Source: Macrostomum lignano
Lineage: Eukaryota
Assembly (NCBI GenBank): GCA_002269645.1
Contig: NIVC01000404.1
Location: forward strand, 1 to 64,000
Direction of reading: 5' to 3'
DNA: 64,000 nucleotides
The stretch's first letter is position 1. The number at the start of each line of letters is the position of its first letter. A program made the translations under genes and the position numbers. A model generated the notes under the pieces. The model was given only the letters and a program-made list of their open reading frames with translations, was not told the DNA's origin and did not search any database. This document shows positions 55,572 to 64,000 of this stretch, piece by piece.

Positions 55572-58500
55572 AGTTAATTGACATGCATTGAGGTGTGACT
55601 ACTTGTACTGGATGCACAATTCTATTGCAAATCATTGTTCATTGCCAAGTTGTTTCTTTAACTAAGAAGATTGAATAGAATCAATTGGGCTTATGATTAG
55701 AGCTCCGCTGTAACTAAAATTTTCCCAGATACATATCTATAGCCTTATCTAATTTTTTCCCATAGCCTCTCTGTATCGGAAACTTCACAACTTGGAAACT
55801 TCACACAACTTGGAATCTTTACAAATTGGATTGCTTATTTAAATAGTAGTGTTCTACTGCTGCAACTCTTCAGTACCTCTATAGCCATAGCTATACTGAA
55901 CTTTACCATGCCATTTCTATAGCCATTATTTGTTTTTTTATATGGTCAAAGCTCCATATTCAACATCTTCCCATAGCACTGCTTTTGCTATATTATAAAT
56001 TAGCAAAATTGTCACTAAATGACATTTGTATAAACAACATTCAATCAGTATTTGTTATACTATGTTTAACTATTTATTAAACTAAAATTTTTCTATCTAC
56101 ACCAACTTTTTAAATAAGCATGGAATGCCTTTGCAAGGATAGTTTAAGATTAAGATTTCTAAGATTTCCTATATAATAGGAAATTATATAAGATGGTCTA
56201 AATCACCATATAATCTATAACCATAGCCATGATTAGGCAAGATCTCTATACTAAGTATATTTTTTGTATGATAGGGATGCTATAGCATCTTGACTTTCAA
56301 ACAATTGTATATTGAAATTGGACTTTTGATATGATTTTGCAACTTAGCACTAGCAAATCTCTATAGGCATAGCTCCAATCTATAACCAAATTATACTTGA
56401 AAAAGTGCCATCCAAAATTTTCTCAAAGTCATAGACATAATTATGCTAGAACATTACTAAGTAAAGTAAGGGTGGACATGATCACAATTTTGTGAATTCA
56501 TAACCATTTTTTCATAATCATGATTTTTTAAATTAGTTAATGAGGTTGTGAATATTACTTTGCTTTTTTTCTTTTTAACCTGTTTTATAACTTTTGTTAT
56601 TAATCTAATATATTCATTGCAAATTTCATTAACAGTATTATTGCCATTACTTGTGTAGTAGGAGTTTCTTCTGCCTTCTAAAATAATTTCATAGCTGACA
56701 CCAAGTTGTTATAAGGTTTTATTGCTCTGTCTATTAAAAATCCCATGGATGCCAACTGTTGTAATAGGCTTTACACCTGTCTTATCAAAATTCCTAAACT
56801 CTGGCACCTAGTTGCTATAGGATGGCTTACTCCACTAAATAATTAATGCAAGTGGTTTTTCAAAAGAATTTAAACACTTAGTTATAGTAGATTTCTAGTA
56901 GCATTGTAGTAATGTTCTGGTAGCATTTTAGTAATGTTCTAGTAGTATTCTTGTAATATTCTAGTAGCATCATAGTAATGTTTTGATAGCATTCTAGTAA
57001 TATTCTGGTAGCATTCTAGCAATGTTTTGGTAGTAGGCCCTATTCTAGTAATGTTCTGGCCTAAGCAGTCTGAGTCTACTAGTACATGTACTTTTCCAAT
57101 CTAGGCATTATTGGGATCAGAGAGTCACAATGCTGACTTTCTTTTTAGATCACTCTAGAGATCATTTCCTCTTTTAGCAAACTTTTTAAAACTGTTTTTC
57201 AACTTTGAAAATGAATAATTTGTTAACTTGAAAGTTTTAAGAATGTATAGGGCCTAGGTTGAACTGTTTGAGACTTATTAGCCTAAATTGCTCATAAAAA
57301 GTAATTGGTTTATTTGTTAGTAAACTTGCTTCTATATTAATATACTATTTTTTGTCCTATATATTTAAAACAAATATTTTCTCAATTTATCTGATAAATT
57401 AAAACAAAGATAAAATATTAAGTATTTTCATATAAATTTAACTTAAAATAAAGAGTTCATTTTTCTTAAGTCACATAGGGAGCCTAGCAAATTTTACTTG
57501 CTTTATATGCCTTAGGCCCTAATATTTATGTTCCAGGGGATCTTGCTTCTTCTTAATAATATCCCACCGCTGCCACCAAGTTGTTCTAGGGGTAACTTCT
57601 GTCCCTACAAATGATTTCACCGCTGTTACCAAAGTTGTTACAGGGCTAATGTACTATTCTCTTAAGTGTTCTTCTTAGGTTGGTAGCTGCCACCAAGATT
57701 ATTCCATTAATAAATTATGAGTTTATCAATATTAGAATAATCTGAACAATGTTTCTTAGAATAGGTCTGAGTATTTAGTCTGAGTATTAGTCTGAGTATT
57801 AGTCTAAGTATTAGTCTGAGTATTTGTCTTAGAAAAACTGTTAGCCCTGAAAGATTTACTCTTCTGATTATTCTGGTAGCGTTCTATTATTCTGGTAGCG
57901 TTCTTCTTAATAATGGCCTGAGCGGTATTTTGGCTTACTGGTATATGTATTTCATGTACTTTGCAAGTCCTTGGGCGTTACCGAGATCAGAGGGTCACAG
58001 CCTCCGTTATTCTTACACGTCTTACTTCAGATCTACTTCACAACTTCTCACTACTCAACACTTTCCTTCTTAGTAGTATATACGATACACCTCCGTCTAC
58101 TTCACTCTTACTTCTTAAAGGAATGAATACAGAAAACACTTCTTCGATTCTTATTTTCTCGGAACTCTTATTAACTGCTATTAACTGGTATTATTGCGAA
58201 CCGCGATGCGCGAGGTTGGTTCTCCCTCCTCCGCCGAATTTGCTTGTATTTATAGTAAAATTCTAGTAGATTTTAAACAAAAATTAGTTTGCGTAAAATA
58301 TTATACAAAACACGAGTATTAAAACAAAAATGCGTCGTAGTTCTTTTTGGCGTGAATTTAAAGTGTAATAAACAATAGCTAATTTTAGAAAGAAATCGGG
58401 AGGGGCCCTGTACATTTATAGATAAGATAATAACTAAAAAATAATAAAACTTAAATAACTTTGTTTTGCATAGGAATGTCTATTGTCTAAGCCACTTATT

Positions 58501-60010
58501 CCAACCAATAGGCCAACATAGGCATAGCCCCTTAAATTATCCATGTGAACTATTTGCAGTTTTTTATTCTGTTCTAATATAATAACAATAGGCCTAGGGT
58601 TTTTAAGCTTTAAAAATATTAGCCAAATTTTCCTGAACTAGATAGGCCCCCCATTAAATATATTTTATCATTGGCTATAGTTGCCTATTATTAGTATTAC
58701 CAACACTATTAGGCCAATAATTTTAATTTAAAGACAACCAACTTCAAGGTTAAGCCATAGCTTAAAAATAAAACTAGGCCTAATGAGGCCTAACTAGACC
58801 ATTATCAAAACAATATATTTTCATACTGTCATTAATAATTTATAGAAAAAGCCAATGCCTATTATATATAAAGCCAAAATAATAATACTATATAGGCCTA
58901 TTATAGGAATAGGACTAAATACTTTTTTAAACATTTAAAAAACTTGATCTAGGCCTAACACTTAACTATCAATATGCCTAGGCTAGGCCTATGCAATATA
59001 ACTGTAAATCTATGTCATGTCGTCATGATAGCTAGCTAGCCAAATCTATTCACATTATCATTAATAATGCTTAAGTTGTAAGAATGGCAAGAGCATACAA
59101 GCATAACTGCTTCTGTCTATATGCAACATAGGCCTTTCTTTATTCTAAACTTATGCTTCAGAAGCAAATCAAATCAGCAGGGCATGCGAAATAAGGGAAA
59201 TATCATGTGGGTTTTAGGGTGATGTAATTTTAATGATTTTTTAACACTTCGTGTTTCGTGACTCGTCAATGCATCGAAGTCGTAGGTCGTAGGACTACGC
59301 TAGACTGCTAGAGTTCTTTTTGAATTCGGAAAACCAAAAGTATTTTATATACCTACTAAACTTTAAGAAGTCCGTATACAGGCCATGATTTGAAGTTTAC
59401 AAGACAACTAGAACTAGGCCTAGAGTATATGAGTTGAAACATACAGATTTCAAAGCTGTATGGAAGGTCTCGAGATCTCTGACCTTTTTTACGTTCGGTT
59501 TGAAATATCGCTAATAGTCGTAACATTCACGTAGAATTAGCATCTCTTAGAATTTTCCGAGGTTTATAAATATCATGTTCCATGATTTATGCTGTGGCCT
59601 AAATTCTGTATCTGTATGGCTCAAACAGATAAAATAGGGTTTTATGGTCGTAAATAAACTTATTCACATGAAATGATATTCAAATACAAACACAGCTGCT
59701 GATAATGTAATCCACTTTGCCTGTGCGCCTCGTCTATTCCCCCAGTGTTAAATAAGCGGAGATAATCAGTAGCGTAACTCCGCTACCATAGACAAAGCAA
59801 CGCATTAAAGGGCGCTGCTCTGATAAATTTATTAAACTCAGTAACAGGCAACAAGGTTGTCTATAGGGAGAAGCAAGTCACGCGCAATTATTAGTAACAA
59901 ATTAAGTTGTTGGTACTGGAACTGTGTATACCCAGACGCTCACTTCGAAAAGTACTGGAGCGCCCCACTCCTGGTGCAGCGACACAGCGCATGCTTTGTC
60001 TCCTCCAGCG

Positions 60011-61955
60011 TCAGCAAGCCCCTTGCCGACGGCGGCCTGCGCCGGAGCCTGCGGTCGCCAGCAGTCTCGGCCTCCGCCGTAGCCACTGCGCCATACAGCA
60101 CACTCGACATCGCTGCTCGTTGTTCTTCACATCTATGTAGGCGCGGTCGGCCTTGTCACTGATGCGACCGGTTTTCATGCTGGCCAATTCCTTGCTTACG
60201 CGCCGCCAGCCAACAGGCGAGTCTTTGCATGTCCTCCGCAGGCTGCTGTTGGTAACGCGCACCGTAGGATCCACCGTGGGACCCAGCAACTTCTGGCATT
60301 CTTTCGTCTTACGATGCCTGCTATGCATTTCAATGGGACGGCCCCCGTTCGTTTTACGATGCCCATAGAAAGCATATGGCGTAGGCGTGATGGTGTAGTT
60401 TCTGTATAATTTTCGTTTTATGGCTATACACGTATTTTGTATTTCGTATACTTGACGGATTGTTGTTCATAAATGAAAGTCAAGCTATATGTTCCGTTTC
60501 GTTTTACGATGCTTTTGGTGTAATTCAGTCCATTATGGGCATCGCAAAACGAAAGTGAGGGGGGGGGGGTTACTTCGGGTCCTTAAATTGGTTTACCGCT
60601 TTTGTCTCCTCTTCTTTATCAATTCACAGGACTCTTCGTGTAATGTATGAGTTATTTACTAGCCAGCTATAATATCCGTTTCGTTTCGCGATGCCCCAGA
60701 CGTTGTAATTATTCATAAGGCACCGTAAAACGAAACGGTTTATAATGGCTCGATAGCTTCAGTTGCTAATGAGGGCGGACACAATGTTAAAGCGCGTGAG
60801 TCGTGACATTTCCGTGGAAATACAGTCAGAAGTACAAACCAACTGTGTGACTGAATTTAAGACCTCTGAAACACTGCACTCTTCCGTCGTAAAGTATACA
60901 TTTTTAAAGCCTTCTTGCTTATTTAACATGGGCATCGTAAGACGAAACAGATACAATTTTGGGCATCGTAAGACGAAAGAATGCCCAACTTCTTAACTAC
61001 ATTCTCATTGGTATGCACCCCCATTGGACTGCACCGGTACCAAATGTCTGAAGTTGTGGTCCTGAGGGGCGTTAGGTAGAAAGCCTCATGACCTCTGCCG
61101 CCGTGATCGCACTCCAGTCGATGCGAAATGTACGCCTTGTACATCTCTACGACGCAGCGCTCTTGTCGGCATGCGGATAGATTCGTGTCGTCTTCGGCTC
61201 GATGTGCGCCTTTCGTACACCAACTTGGGCATTTGGGCATCCGCTCAGTGTACACAAGAAACTCCCCGTTACCGTCGGAGAGGAGCCGCAGTTACGAACG
61301 CTCGCCGTACACCAGAGCACGATGCTCACCGCACGCACGCAGCGACAGATGCAGGCCCAGGTGATATAGCAGGGTCTCCACGAGTTGCTGCGGATTCGAC
61401 ATGCCGAACCGCCGTCCTTCCAATAAAGCTGCTCCTCTTCGTCCAAGGCCGATGGTGCGCGCACGTTTGGGGCAACGTGGAAGCCCTCCTTCGCCGAGAG
61501 CTTCATCGCTGCGTCGATACACTGCATGGCGAGTCCGGATGAAGTCGGCATCTGTGAGGATCGACCAGTTCTTGTTCATGAAGTTCTGCAGTTTAAACTG
61601 AATGCCTTGGATGAAACCCTTAATGGTCGCTGGCGGATACATATCACCGTTACTCTTCCTGAGCTCCATGATGAAGTTTTGCAAGACGAAGTCCCAATCG
61701 CTTTTGTTCCACTCCTCAATGTCCTTGAAGACCTTGAGACCGGAGTCCAGTCGGACTCGTCACTCCGACATCCAAGATAGAAACTTGGACCATGTTACTG
61801 TTTACCTTCTTGAGCGTGCCCACAGGTATGCGTGAGAGGATGAACTCAGTCACCCGGAGATCGGCAGTAGTGCTCGTACTTTGGATGGACCCCTGCTGCT
61901 CATCAGCGCTCAAAGGAGCGAGAATAGTAATCAACATCTGCAGCACTGAGCTCAT
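60011..61955 (-). pseudogene. Decayed Crypton (DUF3504) tyrosine-recombinase transposon ORF with several frameshifts and stops, split by a MITE
   Basis: Successive frames give FIMELRKSNGDMYPPATIKG, IDAAMKLSAKEG...DEEEQLYW, LGLHLSLRACGEHRAL, RCVVEMYKAYISHR...FYLTPL...WYRCSPMG and then TNSSLRRT...KTGRISDKADRAY. This covers the R...HxxR...H...Y recombinase layout. Confidence 0.88.
60295..60985. mobile_element. 691-bp MITE with perfect 24-bp TIRs (GGCATTCTTTCGTCTTACGATGCC) and 8-bp TSD CAACTTCT; Merlin- or MULE-like
   Basis: TIRs at 60295-60318 and 60962-60985, TSD at 60287-60294 and 60986-60993. Removing the element restores the Crypton frame (VVKKLLGPT). Confidence 0.95.
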
Positions 61956-62488
61956 GGCTTTTTGGCTTGTCGGAAAGGGAGATGACTTGAGAATGAGAGA
62001 ATCTTACTTGTTAACTTCTATAACAATCGCGCCTATTCTACTTGGCACTCTTGGATTCCGATGTGGGTTTGCACCATATAGACATCCGTGCCATACATGG
62101 CTAGCGGAGAGAACTCATTATCTCCGGCGGAGATAGGGCGTTATATTCAGGTCGCACATGCCGTGGATTACATACAAAGAATCGCCTGATACTAGGAGAT
62201 GAGCCATAGACAGAATCTCCTCTCGTATCAGGCGATTCTTGTTTATATTGTCAATCAATTTTTGCATTGAGCTTAAATGCTGCAAATACTGTAAGCTAGC
62301 CTGATCAGCAGTTAAGAAACTAATTCGAGAACGGCCATAGATGTAAATGATGCGTTCAAGTAGCTGGGTCTGAATTTCTGAACAAAAAAGAACCCAAGCA
62401 TAAGTATGTACTTACTTTGAGTAGTCCATGGTTTGCCACCCATGTAACGTAAGTTTGATACTCTCGTATGTAGGCATATTGATCTAAC

Positions 62489-62760
62489 TTGCTGTCTGGG
62501 GATGCTTGCTGTCTGGGGGGATGCTTTCTGTCTGGGGGATGCTTGCTGTCTGGGGGGGATGCTTTCAGTCTGGGAGATGCTTGGTATCTTGAGGGTGCTT
62601 GCTGTCTGGGGGGATGCTTTCTGTCTGGGGGATGCTTGCTGTCTGGGGGATGCTTGCTGTCTGGGGGATGCTTGCTGTCTGGGGGATGCTTGGTATCTTG
62701 GGGGTGCTTGCTGTCTGGTGGGATGTTTGCTGTCAGGGGGATTCTTTCGACTTGGGGAGT
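62489..62760. repeat. 18-bp minisatellite GTCTGGGGGATGCTTGCT
   Basis: Period of 18 bp. Confidence 0.93.
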
Positions 62761-63516
62761 GCCTGCTATTACTGTTCCTGTTAGGCAATTGAATGTCAAC
62801 ATATTATACAAGCCTAGTATGTAAATTGGTGCTAGCTAGGGTTGGAATGGAGTGGGACATGTACATTATATGTAATAGGGTAAATGTACATTATTATTAC
62901 ATGTTATTCAATTACATTCTTAATAAAATTTTTACATTCATTCTTTGCTCCCCAAGGGGTTCAACGGGAAACGGAAGTTATGTTTAAGCTTCCCCCCCCC
63001 CCGAAGGGGGCTACATGGCTAGTATTGATCTAAAGCTCGTATGTCATGACAATTGGCTTGAATCGCCTGGGTCAATAAATATTCACCGCGCCTTGAGCCT
63101 CTCACCCTGGACAGCCGAAATAAATGGGAAGTATTATAAGTATATACACATTAGTTACGCACATTTATTATTGCCAATTAAGCAGAGAATGGTTAAAGAT
63201 CTCTCACTTTTGAAGTCGACATGTCGGTCATTAAGGCTTTTATTCTTTGAGTACAATGTGTACATGCGCCAAGCATAAAAAACCGGCTCGTTCAATCAGC
63301 GAAAGAATTCGATGATTATTACAACGGCGCTTATTACGCTGTGTTGGACGACTGATTTACATGTATGACGTGGCAGCTGCGGCCCGCGCGCCCCCTCGAA
63401 AACTCGAATTCTGATTTGATGAGCCCGAAATGATTATACATGTAGCTCGACTGATTGACTGATCTCTAGACCCCCCAAAACCTATCTTTTATAACCAGAA
63501 GGCGACCAGCTCTCGA

Positions 63517-63812
63517 TCAGACCCCTGGAAACTCGACCGGTGCGATCATATACCACTCAAAAAAACAGGGGGAAAAGCTAAATGTAGCCATGCAAAAGTG
63601 CATCGATCTGGCAGAAAGCATGGCGCCAAAAGTGACAGCTCGGCCCCCATAAATCATAAATCCAGAAGTAAAGTGCATGTACATAGTTGAATAAGCTGTC
63701 AACCTGTCGAAAGTGTAAGGAAAAAGCGTACAAAGGATCAAAATTTACCTGGCACTAATTGGTTTGGCGCCATAACTGTCAGGTACTTCAACAGCGGCCC
63801 AAACAGATTGAC
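63517..63812 (-). CDS. Possible last two exons of an unidentified gene entering from the right (about 63812-63749 and 63703-63517)
   Basis: GTAAAT donor and TTCGACAG acceptor around a 45-nt phase-2 intron give VNLFGPLLKYLTVMGAKPISARLTAYSTMYMHF...PGV*. I recognise no homology. Confidence 0.25.
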
Positions 63813-64000
63813 CTCTATAGACATAAACATCTCGGAAAAAATTACATGTACATGTACTTAAAATCCTATATAAAAAAGTAGTTACATACTATTTCGATCT
63901 TAATCTGTCTCGCCAAACATCATAAAGTGCGCATTTGATTTATGCAAGTCCTGGGCCTCTCCACTATTTTTTGCGCAACCTCCCTTTATGTTCCTCTTCT

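Noticed and set aside
55600-59700. Coding potential in the AT-rich block
   Set aside because: No convincing ORF, termini or TSD. Only short degenerate repeats are present (about 56880-57060 and 57770-57830).

Overview
This is eukaryotic (invertebrate animal) genomic DNA, not prokaryotic. It has GT-AG introns and GC-rich exons, and by rough count about 40% of it is tandem repeat. The style fits a flatworm such as Macrostomum, but that is an inference. Seven spliced genes can be reconstructed by hand: (1) the 3' half of a DEG/ENaC channel lying after a >11.3-kb 23-bp satellite; (2) a complete 604-aa DEG/ENaC paralog; (3) USH1G/SANS on the minus strand, with a 1-nt frameshift; (4) a PAF-acetylhydrolase on the plus strand, first exon not found; (5-7) a same-strand minus trio of C1orf43/NICE-3, tafazzin (with an in-frame TAA 20 codons before the homologous end) and ATF7IP/MCAF1. 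Mobile DNA includes two decayed Crypton/DUF3504 tyrosine-recombinase relics, four TIR elements with 8-bp TSDs (one splits a Crypton ORF), a second decayed hAT copy and two copies of a tRNA-derived SINE. Most long ORFs in the supplied track are artefacts of tandem repeats. I found no rRNA, true tRNA or CRISPR array.
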